DNA from: Iphione sp. A-MEVVRFRX5
Lineage: Eukaryota
Assembly: GCA_976226885.1 (NCBI GenBank)
Contig: OZ320313.1
Coordinates: 52,080,001 to 52,144,000 of the forward strand
DNA length: 64,000 nucleotides
Direction of reading: 5' to 3'
Shown here: positions 48,841-60,131 of the stretch, one piece after another
Numbering within the stretch: the first letter of the stretch is position 1
How the letters are laid out: each line of letters starts with the position of its first letter
The notes under the pieces: model-generated
What the model was told of the DNA's origin: nothing
Seen by the model: only the letters and a program-made list of their open reading frames with translations
Databases searched by the model: none
Made by a program: the position numbers and the translations under genes

Positions 48841-51800
48841 GTCAGTGGTAACATTAATTTTACTTCCTTTAGCCGCGACACAAGCAACAGCTTCTTTGCC
48901 TCTGCTTCTTGTGTTTTCCCGACCCTTCCATTGTTTCCATTGTCCTCAGTTTTATTTCTTTTCACGAACAGACCATTGCTTGTATATGTCATTGTTGTCC
49001 GTATAATTTAGACAGCAAGGCTTTGACCATTTCTGTTCTTTCTTTGCCTGCTGTGCTTGCTTCTTTAGTTGCTTTTTAGGGGCTTGTGATATTAGTCCAC
49101 AAAACTAACATACTACTGTCCCGTTCAACACAGTAGTTCATATCCCACGTGTCAAAAAGGAATGGGATGATTACTCAATTAGCTTGGGATACAGGATCAA
49201 AAAAAGAACTTCAAAAACTTCCGCAACATCAAAATGATTTGTCCTGAATGTATTATCAATCATCATGATATCCCCATATAGCGATCATTAGATGTCCAGA
49301 ACGACTCTATATACGACACACATCATTGGTGAGGTGTAGGAGAACATGCAGGTGTTTTAAAGGAAGGCAAGTCGAGGCGCAGGAGCAAAGACAGCTTATT
49401 GTATCCAAGCTAGGTTACATTATAATCCAGTAATCCCCAAACCATCAGTTCCTGCCGTGGCCCTTTTCCTTGTTGGCCAGGGAACCAATGTTAGGCATTA
49501 GGTATAAAACTTTTCCAGTAACAGCTCCAATTGGTAGTGTTTGACGAGGACAAGCCCAGACGACCAACAGTTGATGCTCCTTGCAGAAGGAGCATTGACC
49601 TCTCGCGACGAAAGCTTTCTGCTTTGGACAGCGTTTCTCACACATATGTCCATATCAGCGCACTTTAGCCTGCCCTGCACTGGACGTCAATGTGTTAGAA
49701 GTATATGATATTCTGGACAAATTGCCCAGGACGCCCAGTGGTGCCTTTTGAATGTATTTAATTGATGGATTAAGCTGCAGAAAGCAGTAATGAATAATTA
49801 AGCGCACGATCAGACGCGATCAATCAACGACTTCCAATTATTCAGTGCGGAGCTGTCATGTCAGGAACGCACGCGGGACCATCCATTATATCGGGGATTA
49901 CCTGAGAACAATACAAGGATGTAAAGGAGGGTACCCTGATCTCATTTAACATACGTTTCCCCTCACATTTATCAGCGCCACGCGGCGCCTGGCACGGTAA
50001 ATATCAGGGCTGCCTCACACAGGTACGGAAAAAGATTAACAGGTTTTTCCGCTGTAAAAACATCTCAGTACTCTTGGGAAATTTGACGGTAAAAGGCCCA
50101 CCACGTTTTCAGTCTGGAAAAACGTGGCTATTTCGTTTTGATTTGGTTACGGACAGTGTGCTACTTAGCGGAAGCACGGACAATGCGCAGTCAAACAACT
50201 GACGCAAATACATGTAATATAAGATGTCTTGGCACGTTACTTTGACTTTGAGAAAAACTAGGAAGCACGTGTCTACGAAACAGTATATAATATATATGTA
50301 CATTACTGTTAAATAAAATGATGAAAATATTAGACTTGGCTAAAGTTGTGCGTCCATGAAGATGCGAGTCTAAGTAAGTTGTTCTTCTGTGTGAAAGGAG
50401 CACATATTGCCGCTTCGAACGCACTGTCAAACACAGGCACTTACATACTAGCTAAGAGCCATGTAATGCCTGCCACACACAGACAGCCACACATGCAAAC
50501 TAACACAGAGAGGGGATAGCAATTAGACTCCCAGTCAGGACACACGGGAGAGCATCGGCTTTCAGCAAGCGTCAGGTAAATTGATTGAAGCCACTTGTCC
50601 CAGGGCCTCTCTGATCCCGGGTAAACGGATTAAGCCGAGATGACGGCGCGGGAGAGGAGATGGAGGGCTTCGACACGTGGAAGAACCGGATATAATCCAG
50701 TCGCCTGTCCACAGCTACCATTACAGCTCCCGCAAGACCCGTCCTACCTACATGACGCCAGTCGAAATCGGAACTTGTCCGTGACGTTTAACGAAATATA
50801 TTCCTTGCTTCAGCTTTACTCCGGTCTCCATTGCATGAATCTCTCTCCCTTCAAAGGTTCCATAGAAATGCAGAGAGAAATTTAGGTTGTAATTTGTTAT
50901 CGATCTGCACACTTGAAAGGCAACATCCATTCACATTGGTCACTTCCATGTGCGTCATCAGCGTAAGGTTTGGGCAAGAAGACAATACCATTTTATTGCA
51001 ATATGCTTGGTCTGCTTCTGCGTTACGAAGGGCATGTAAATTTAGTATTGCATCGAGGCGGGAGCTAGTTCCATTGAAGGTCATAACAGAACAATTGATT
51101 TGTAAGCATTCGCATCAGCTGCGTAAAACGTTTCATTGTCATCAGTTCTGAATAGCTGTTACGAGAGACAGAAGCAAAATTAGGTCCAAGCAGCCGTTAT
51201 GTTGCAAACGGTACGTTAAATGCTGTCACGAAGTAAAAGTGATGTCAACGGGCATTGTAAACATATTAGACTATGCTGCTTCGAAATTAAAATAGTGATG
51301 AAAAAATAACATGGGTTATTTTAGTTTCATACTTACCGTGGGGTGGGATTACTAGTGGGAATTCGCATTACACAAAGGAGTCCTGACCCGTAGTTTTGGA
51401 GCTGCTAATCACGCGATTTCTAAAATATTTATGAATGCACATGTACTGCGTGTCACAAAGGTCATGATAAAGTCACCATGACACTCTTTCTGTATTACTG
51501 GGCATGATAGGACATACATTGTCCTAATGATTTTTCCCGTGTCCCAAGGATCAAGTGACTCACCACCCAAGCTGAGAGATCTGACCGAGCAGTGTGAGCA
51601 GCTCTACGAGTGTTAAAATGGGGTTAGCAACAGGAGTCCGCCGCTCCATGGGGTCATCGTACCGCGGAGGATGGACGCTCGAATTTCGCTCCTGGGGGCC
51701 GGAGTCTGGACTGCAAAAATTGATGGTGCTCTCTTCCTTCTCACCGCGGAACGCCCCCCAGAATGACTGATGTACGGATACCTTAAGGTCAGCCAGCGCG

Positions 51801-53175
51801 AGCGGAAGCCGGGGCGGCAGGAATGCGTGCCCATCGACGTCTGGGCATTCCTATCCCAGCTGGGAATAGTGCTTGGCTTGGAAAGGGCGCAGAGCACGCT
51901 TTACTGACCTACATGCTACTTGGAGCCAGACATGTGAACAATGAAACCAAAATGATATTGTATGGCAGTAATATTAAGGAAGCAGTTATTGCTTTCGGTA
52001 GCACCGCATTGTTAGCCCAATTCTTTGTGCTGTAATAGGTTGTTGCAGTGCGTATCAGTTCCGCATTTTTAGCTGACACAGCGTAAGCCAGTGGTGCTTG
52101 ATATAAACATTAGATTTTCTTCACTAAAAAATATAAAGCAGTGCAGATATACAAGAGCAGTCATGCTAGTGGTTATTACTGCTATTCCCAAGGCCTAATG
52201 CTAGCGTTAGAAAGTGCATTTTAGAATATCGCACGTACACTGTATATGCGAATACATCCATAACCGGATAAGGCAAAGCTTGATAGAGCTCAGCTTTTGA
52301 ACAATATAAATTCGCCTTATGGCATAAGAATAGCGGTGCACGTAGCCTAGGCGTCACAGGCGTCTTCCTGAGCATTTGTAACGTCACTAGAATGAACTGA
52401 GTGTGTTCAGAACGACTGGAGAGTAGTTAATCCTTAAATGGGCTAGCCGAGCCACGCTGTAAGATGATCACTGATCCTCCAAAACAAAGTTACAAAGGAC
52501 GATCAGTGGTCCGTAGCTGACGGTCGTCTGATGCTGTGGCTATTCAGCTCTCCCTCTAGGCATTGTCCGGGCATTCAGCATAGATATTTCGATAACACTG
52601 CTCAGTACCCTTAATGCCCTCCGGCATTGCTTGTAGTATCAAGACTAGGCAGTGGTCAAAGAGCCTTGCGATCTAAAGGGTTGGGGACTTTGAAACAGAC
52701 AGAGAAGGCCACATGAGAAAGTAGGCCCTGCCGGGACACAAATGACCTCGCATCCCTACTCCATCTTAATCTGAAAGCAAAGACATCACCAAGGCAAAAA
52801 TAACTCTTACTCTGCAGCTGATCTAACCTGTTTATACTTGTGTATAGTGCTTGATGAAGCATATCATTTGCATTATTATAATATACAGCATAAGCAGTTC
52901 TTGGGTTTATCGACGAGGCAACATTAGTAATGGTCTCAGTAGCAAGCTCCCTCTCCATCTATTCTCTGTTTGGATACGCACAACATATTTATCCGGTATA
53001 TAGTATAGATCATAGTTTTCACCTTAAACAGTAAGAACAAGGTACTTAATATTCCTAACGTTAATGGTGTTGGTAGTTCTTGCGTATGAGGAATTTGTTG
53101 CTCATAAGCCAGCCAAAGCCAGCCAGAAATGTTCGACTGTACGCTTCTGCTACACAATGCTCTTTACCTTTCCAG

Positions 53176-53346
53176 GCACCGTCACCTTATATGCCGACGC
53201 ACCCGAACCTGCTGGCGTACGTGCCACCGTTCCAGATACAACACAGCATGGACGCAACGGTCATGGCCACGGCGAACAACCCCCAGATGACAACCATGGT
53301 TCAGCAGGCGGCCGGCTCACAGAAGATGCGAGCCGATCGATTGGAG
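53176..53346 (+). CDS. mbnl: MBNL linker exon (APSPYMPTHPNLLAYVPPFQIQHSMDATVMATANNPQMTTMVQQAAGSQKMRADRLE)
   Basis: Acceptor ctctttacctttccAG at 53174-75, donor GAG|GTAGAG at 53347; 171 nt, phase 0/0. Ends in QKMRADRLE, equivalent to the muscleblind QKxxRxDRLE motif preceding ZnF3. Confidence 0.9.
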
Positions 53347-54595
53347 GTAGAGTCCATGCGTTACGATCCTTTCCTTCGCCCCTAGTCTTGACCTCTGTTG
53401 TTGCTGCTCCTCCCTCTCCTGCTCAGTTGGACGCAGCAACAGCCGCCTTCCTGTACAACCCCTTCGGAACGTCCTCCTGGGAACGGATGCAGTCAGAGCA
53501 TCAAATTATGTAGTTTCCCTCGACAATCTGCGCAAATAAATCTAAGCTTGTTCTTGACCTCCTCTATATCGTCATGCATTCCCTACTAAGTATGACCAAA
53601 AAACGCGATCAGTGGTAAGTGCGCGTGCACACATGTAACTTAAGTGACATAGGTGCAGTGACTTCCAAGACATGCGCATCCGTTTCCTAGTGGCCTTGCT
53701 CGAGTTTGCCAACTGACTCCCTCAAGTCTTTTTTCCTTCCAACGTACTGGGCAAAGATGTAAACACCATGCTTAATACATAAAGAAACTGCTTGATGGAC
53801 AGTTTCCAGGTGTGGGCTTCACAGTATCGGTACATGACTAGAAACCGGCCAAACGTAGGTAACAGATCACAAGATTTTAATCACTAGATAGACTAGAAAC
53901 AAATTTGGCTCCGCTGTGTTGCTACAATTTGGCTGTTTTCTGGTCGGCCGCTTCGACCATTGTAACTTTAGTACACTCTATCAAGGGGTATCGTTTGTGG
54001 TTGAGAAAGCACCTGCTACACCACTCTTACTGGCACTATAAACAGCACCTGTTCAATTGGAATCTATGTCTTTTATCATGAGTGTACCACCTGTGCCTTA
54101 TTTCTTAACAGAAATTCTGGAAGAAAACCTTGAAACACTTCCAAAAAATGTACTGTTCATTTTTGCGGCTTTTCAGTGGAAGACATATTCCGTTTCACGT
54201 TAAACCAAAGATACCTATATACATATTTAGGAATATAGGGTCTTTGATTGTACTCTGTTTATGTACATTCCTGTACTAGTTGAAGATTTCGAAACCTCAC
54301 CTATAAAATTTAACGAGTGTTCTAGAGTTACTTGGCTATGGCAGTGGGAGAGGAGCCGGCAGAGTAGCTGTAGATAAAGTGCTGTACACAGAATCACTCC
54401 GCTGCGGCCGATGTAGAAGTGCAGTCGTAAATTCTGTCCCTGCCCACACCGTGTCTCTCTTTCTTATAAGCAGTAGTCATCTAAGCTGTTATCTTGCACC
54501 TTGCTGTCTTCGCGTTTGTGACTCCATAACTTGTTTACCAATCGGTTGCACTGTTTCAGCCAGATTGCCCTGGGGGAGGCACTGTCCACTGCTGC

Positions 54596-54615
54596 TGACC
54601 TTGAACCCTTGACCT
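54596..54615 (-). promoter_or_regulatory. Composite nuclear-receptor element (DR2+DR0 within a DR8)
   Basis: Minus strand AGGTCA-ag-GGTTCA-AGGTCA (plus strand TGACCT TGAACC CT TGACCT). Confidence 0.35.
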
Positions 54616-56072
54616 GCAACGGCCTTGTGGCCAGCTGCGTTCTCTGCTCTGTTGTCTGCGCTCGTGTTGCGATAGCAACAACGCAGACACTGCCTTCACA
54701 ACTGCCTTTGCAATCCTTATCTAAGAAAATGCTGAAGACTTACATAATTGTATTAACCACTCCAGCAGTCCAACTTAAATTCATTTCGTTCATCAGACCC
54801 CACTCAGATATGCCTAGGGAAAACTGTCCTTAAATCGTCATTAAAACTGAACCGGAATCTTGTTTTCATCGGAACCAGACCGCCATTGAAAGAGTTTCAG
54901 GGAAACGAGATAAAAAGGATATTTTCGCTTTAAATGAGCGACAGATAGGAGGGCGAGTCTATTATACATATAGCAAATATCGAAAGTAGACATGCAGCCA
55001 TCGCTCCGTGTCTTAGTGGGCTTGAAACAAGCGCGCGTACCCATGCAACATACACATTTTCCTTATTCCAAAGCAAAGCCAAAATTTACCTTCTGCTGTA
55101 GGAAGCAATGTTCATATCACAACTTACCCGTCTGGACATCATTTGTTCAGAAAGAATTTCGGTAGAGAAAATTTGGTGAAGGCCCCATCGAAGGGATTAT
55201 CCATCATATTCATTGAGTTGAAAAATCCTTTTAGTTTCGCGCCCCACCTGGGACAATAACATTGCTGTCTAACCCTGAGTTACACACATGAGCAGTTGCT
55301 TGTTTTTACCCTCAAACATCTGCCTCTAAGTGAAGGGACTCAAGTAAAATTATGCCGCTTTCCTCCTTCCCTCTATATCATCCACATAGGCGCCACCAGC
55401 TATAGCCTCTGCAAACCTCTCTGCTTCCGAATGAAATCTTGTCCATTGCCAAGGTTCAAAAGGATGAAACTCTGCTCCTGCCCTTACTCCTTCAAGCATA
55501 TAACATCTTGTTCTACAAGGTCAGGGGTTAAATCCCTTTGATCGTGGATCTCACACTTTACATTTAGCGAATATGAATTTATTTCTTATATTTTCAGATG
55601 CAGCATTTCGCTTCTGTTGAACAATTCATCTAGCCTTTTGGTTTATGTATTTTACTCCAGTTAAAGCTTATTTATCATTTATTTATTTTAACTCTTATCG
55701 ACGCACATGTATTTGACATACATACCAAAACGGGAGTGAGAAGGACAATTTTATAGAGTAAATATAGACAATACATTTGTGAAAAACAATGAAAGGGAAC
55801 AGACATTAAATTAAGGCAGGCATTACAATTCATAAAACACAACCTAATGAGTGTAAAGGAAGAAGAGAAGAGAAGCAAATGATTTTAGCCCTTAAACAAG
55901 CAGAAGCTTTGTTTTGGCTCTCCTCGCAGGTCTCAGAGGCCATGCGTATGTTGACCGGCGTTGCGTTTGTTTTCAGTCCACTACTACGACAGCCAGCACT
56001 GGGGCCGACTCTTGGACGAGCTCCTACGACTCCCATCCTACAACCTCACAATATCCCTCCGTCTATTTGCAG

Positions 56073-56321
56073 GTATGTCGTGAATTTCAAAGGGGTACTT
56101 GTTCGCGACAACCTAGTGAATGTCGCTTTGCGCACCCCACTGATAACGTAGCAGTCGACTCGACTGACAACCACGTTACGGTGTGTATGGATTACGTAAA
56201 GGGCAAGTGCTCGCGGGAATCGTGTAGATATTTTCACCCCCCTCCACACCTTCAGGCCCAGATTAAGGCTGTTCAACAACGAGCTAATACCGCCGCTGCG
56301 CAAGCCCAAGCCCAGGCCTTG
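56073..56321 (+). CDS. mbnl: MBNL exon encoding tandem CCCH fingers ZnF3 and ZnF4 plus Ala/Gln tail
   Basis: [22 protein letters not shown] (C-x7-C-x6-C-x3-H) and [23 protein letters not shown] (C-x7-C-x4-C-x3-H). Acceptor ctatttgcAG at 56071-72, donor TTG|GTAGGG at 56322; 249 nt, phase 0/0. Confidence 0.97.
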
Positions 56322-59123
56322 GTAGGGATCACATGCTTTGTCTTACTAAATCACTGCATAACCAGTTCTGCTAGTTTATTCTTAGTTTTCCTGCCCATCG
56401 TCCTCTTAATCTCCTGTCGCTCTCTCTTATCTTGTTCTCAGGTATATTCCCCTATTTATTTGAAAAAATCTTTATTTGCGTTCTCTATTTGAGTTATTTA
56501 TCCCTTTAACCTTCCATCTCTGTCTCTCCCTCTCGCTCTGCCGTCCTGTCGGACATACATACATCTACGCCATTCCACTGACCTCACCATTAGCTACAAT
56601 ACTCGGCCGGCATAGCCTCACTCTTCTAATCCTTTCCCATCCGCCCCTTCTCTAACACATTAATATTCCCCAGTCGCAAACGTCTATTGAAATCCACTCT
56701 TTAAACCCACTGCTCTTGATACTGGTTCCCTTTCTAAAAATTCTGTCACTTTCATCATGAAACCTGTCTATTCCTGTCTGCATCACCTGTTCTTCCTCGT
56801 TGTTTTAACCCTTTGGTTCAAATGACTGTTTGATGTTTCAAGATGATCGTTCGAGTTCAGATGTTTCTATGTTTCTTTTCTCAAGTTCTCCTTAATCTCC
56901 AAATTACTCCGCACACACCTTACGCACAAGCAACCATTGCGCTTAATTTGACCCTGATTGAAACAGATTGCCAGCAACAAACGTTTAGCTCCATATAGTT
57001 TCAGTTATGTAGACCGTTTTGGAATTTTTTTTAAACGTTTGCCCTTGGTTATTTGAAGATGTTGATTTTCAAATTTCCACTGGGAAAACTCATCGATTTA
57101 TTATTTTCCACATTTAGTTTTTTTCTTAAACGTCCACATATATTAATTAATCAACACCAAATTACTTTATACCCCTACATTTCGATTTCAGTTATACAGA
57201 ATACTACATCTATTTTAATGCCTTAGTGCTCATCTGTATTAAATCTATTTCTCCACCTGAATTTCGTTTCATTCTCTTGATATTACCAGACTTTTCAATG
57301 TGATTTGCTGTGTTGATCTGTAGAATGTCAGGGGTCACTAAAACTCTGCACTGTAGTAAACGCCCTAAAATCATGTCTCTGCAACCCTCCTTAACTGTTT
57401 TCCTGGAATCACCTCCAAAAGCTTCTGCCTTTGCCCCACCAATGTCCAAGTCGGCTTTGCTTTGCTAATTCCGTCAGTGTTTAGAACTTTTGGATCCATA
57501 GTTCATACTGGAAGCCTCGTTTGAAACCAGAGAGAAATATCAAAAAAATTGCCCAACCCCGGGGTGTAGCGGGATGGGGTGTAAGGGGAGACGTGTAAAT
57601 AAACCATAATCTTCCAAAATCCAGAATTTACCATGAGAACCTTGCCAGCTGCTGCTCCTCAAGTTCCTCTGCGTTCCGCGGGTAGAAGCTGATAACCGAA
57701 CACGTCATATCTGGGCTGCCTTTGCTTTTAGTGGCTACCTATTGCCAGTTTCCACTCACACTTTGCCGCGTTGTGTTTGCCTGGTCCCTCCCTAGATTCT
57801 TGTGGCCGATTAAAAATCCTTTGAAAGTGAGTGGCCGGATAGACAGACGTTTATCAAAATTGAAGGCAAAAAGGTAAATCCTCCACTTCCCCTTCCCATT
57901 AAAGAGACTAAAGTGTATCTGGCTCAACAGGTAAACTAAATTCATTTTCTTATTTTATGCAGGGAAGAACTAGCAAAATTATTACAGAATTATCCAGAGA
58001 GTTCATGTGCCTTTGACATTTATGCTTTGTTGTATTGGTATAGTTTGATTTGCCTGCAGGTGTAATAGTTATGCACGCGACTTTTAAGGGACCAATGTTC
58101 TCACAAAAAAAAATGAACGAAATTGTCCAAAATGTTTAATGCTCTTTTTATTACGATATGTCGGTTCCCGGTTGATATTTTGTATCATTTCATTCAGTAC
58201 AAAGATTACTTGGACTTTCCTGTTATATTCAAGCTAGTCTTGATTTGCTGTTCAAGTTACACCTGGAGGCCTTTCAGAAATAGTACTGTTCAAGTTGTTT
58301 CTTTAATTTGGGTTTGCCTCTTATCAAAAATTATCAAAATGCTATCGTTTGGTGAAAAGATTGAACATGCAGACTTTCGGTTCAACCAGAATACGAGCTA
58401 TTTTTTCTTTTACATACTCTTCAAAATTCACGTATTGAATGTAGTTCTAGCTTCTTACAGTTATCTGTTGGTTATGGTGTGTATTAGTATAGTATTAATC
58501 ACACTGTGCACATCTATACATTTTCGGATGAATTTCGGTGGAAATCATATTCTAGATTCCTGTCCAGGTTAAAAAAATTCCTACTCGCATACATGATTCT
58601 GAATATATAAGACAAGGCGTAAAGTATGGTTGTGCATAGGAGACAATTCCAATGCTTCCTTATCATGAATTGTCCTCTCCGTTCTCCATCGATTTCCTGC
58701 ATTAGAAGCCATGTGTACTCTGTTCATAACAAGTATCTAATGATGTGTGCGCATGTAGATTTTTTTGTTGTCAAAACGAATAGACCATGACGTTTTTATC
58801 TATTACTGTTTCTCAGTGAAGCGTCTCGTGAACAGTTATTTATCAGACTATCTGTGGCTACGGAATCGCTTTTCCGTATCTACATTCACAATAGCGCTAA
58901 GTCGAACAACCCAAAATGAAACATTCCAATTCCAATAATTGCTTGGGACAGCCTCCAAGAGCAAGTTGCTTATTTGACAATATTCTGGTCAGTTTTACAA
59001 TTGTTGTAGTTCTTCTCTGCTATGTGTGTGTAGATGTAGGAATGGCTTATTTGCATTCTTTAGATCATTTAAATTTTCAGCTCTAGCTGCAATGCTAGAG
59101 AAGCATGCTTTCTAGTAATGCTT

Positions 59124-59150
59124 TATATATATATTTATATATATATATAT
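59124..59150 (+). repeat. (TA)n microsatellite, interrupted
   Basis: tatatatatatttatatatatatatat. Confidence 0.9.
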
Positions 59151-60090
59151 TTAGTCTTGATGCCAATCGATTGCAAAGTGAGCAATCAATGATTTTTCAG
59201 TGGTTATCAATATGTAATTCGAGCAATATTTACTAACATAAGAAATCGGTATTACCTTCTCATTGCCTTGATAACTTTACACAAAACCTATAATAATGTC
59301 ACATGATTCTCAACTGTCCCCAGTAGAATCATCATCCTTACCGTGTCTTCAACCTATACAGCACATGGTTCAGAACTGCATTGTCTACTGTAACAGGACG
59401 CAAGAATCTTGAACTGGATCTGCTATTTAGAGTTACATTCTCCCTTTTTTCCTAAATTCGTTCGTCTCCTTATCAGTTATTTGTCCTTTGCTCTTGTGTT
59501 ACTTACCTTATCATATCTGAGCTGTTGGTTCTGTTGGGGAATAGTTTTAGTTTAGTTCCTTGTATCGTAAAACTCCCTAAACAAGCATTGAAAGCGAATA
59601 TGGACCTCTGGATAATATGTAGATATCTTTTGAGATACATTGTTTTGTAGCCTTTAGCATTTCTGGTTTGGTACAGTTGAGCCCTGCCTTGCTTTTTGCT
59701 TCTACACAGACAAGCCACAGCCCCCAGAACCGACCTGTAACGACGATTCCCAATTCCGTTTAGTTCACTAGGTTGTCACTAGGTGTCTTTGTGATGCCAA
59801 GTCATGATCTAGCATCCCTGTGCACCCGAGAGTGGTAACCGTTCAGCAGAGGATGGGCCTGTAAAATACCGAAATCAAAGTGGAAAGAGAACTGCTAATA
59901 ACAATATTTATATATAAATCTATATCTTTCTTTTTTCCCTCACCTAGGTTGGACAGTGTATACATTTTCCCGGTGACCCTTTGACCACCAAAATCTCCAA
60001 TTTCGCTATGTGTTTGCAACTGACGGCCCTAGCGTTGCCTCTTCCGCCATACAGGGGCCTTTTAACAGGAGATGGTCCCTCGATGGTGCT

Positions 60091-60131
60091 TGACCTCTCA
60101 AAGTCACCTCAAGGTCACCACAAGGTCACCT
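60091..60131 (+). promoter_or_regulatory. Nuclear-receptor half-site array containing a perfect DR5
   Basis: AGGTCA(60112-17)-ccaca-AGGTCA(60123-28), preceded by AAGTCA(60101-06) at the same 5-nt spacing and by TGACCT(60091-96). Function not shown. Confidence 0.4.

Noticed and set aside
55914-56072. Start of the 192-aa ORF as a true MBNL N-terminus
   Set aside because: It begins at a non-ATG triplet inside an intron; the open frame is better explained by the alternative acceptors before ZnF3.
57664-57681. 18-nt in-frame microexon candidate (FLCVPR)
   Set aside because: Weak AAG acceptor and weak GTAGAA donor.
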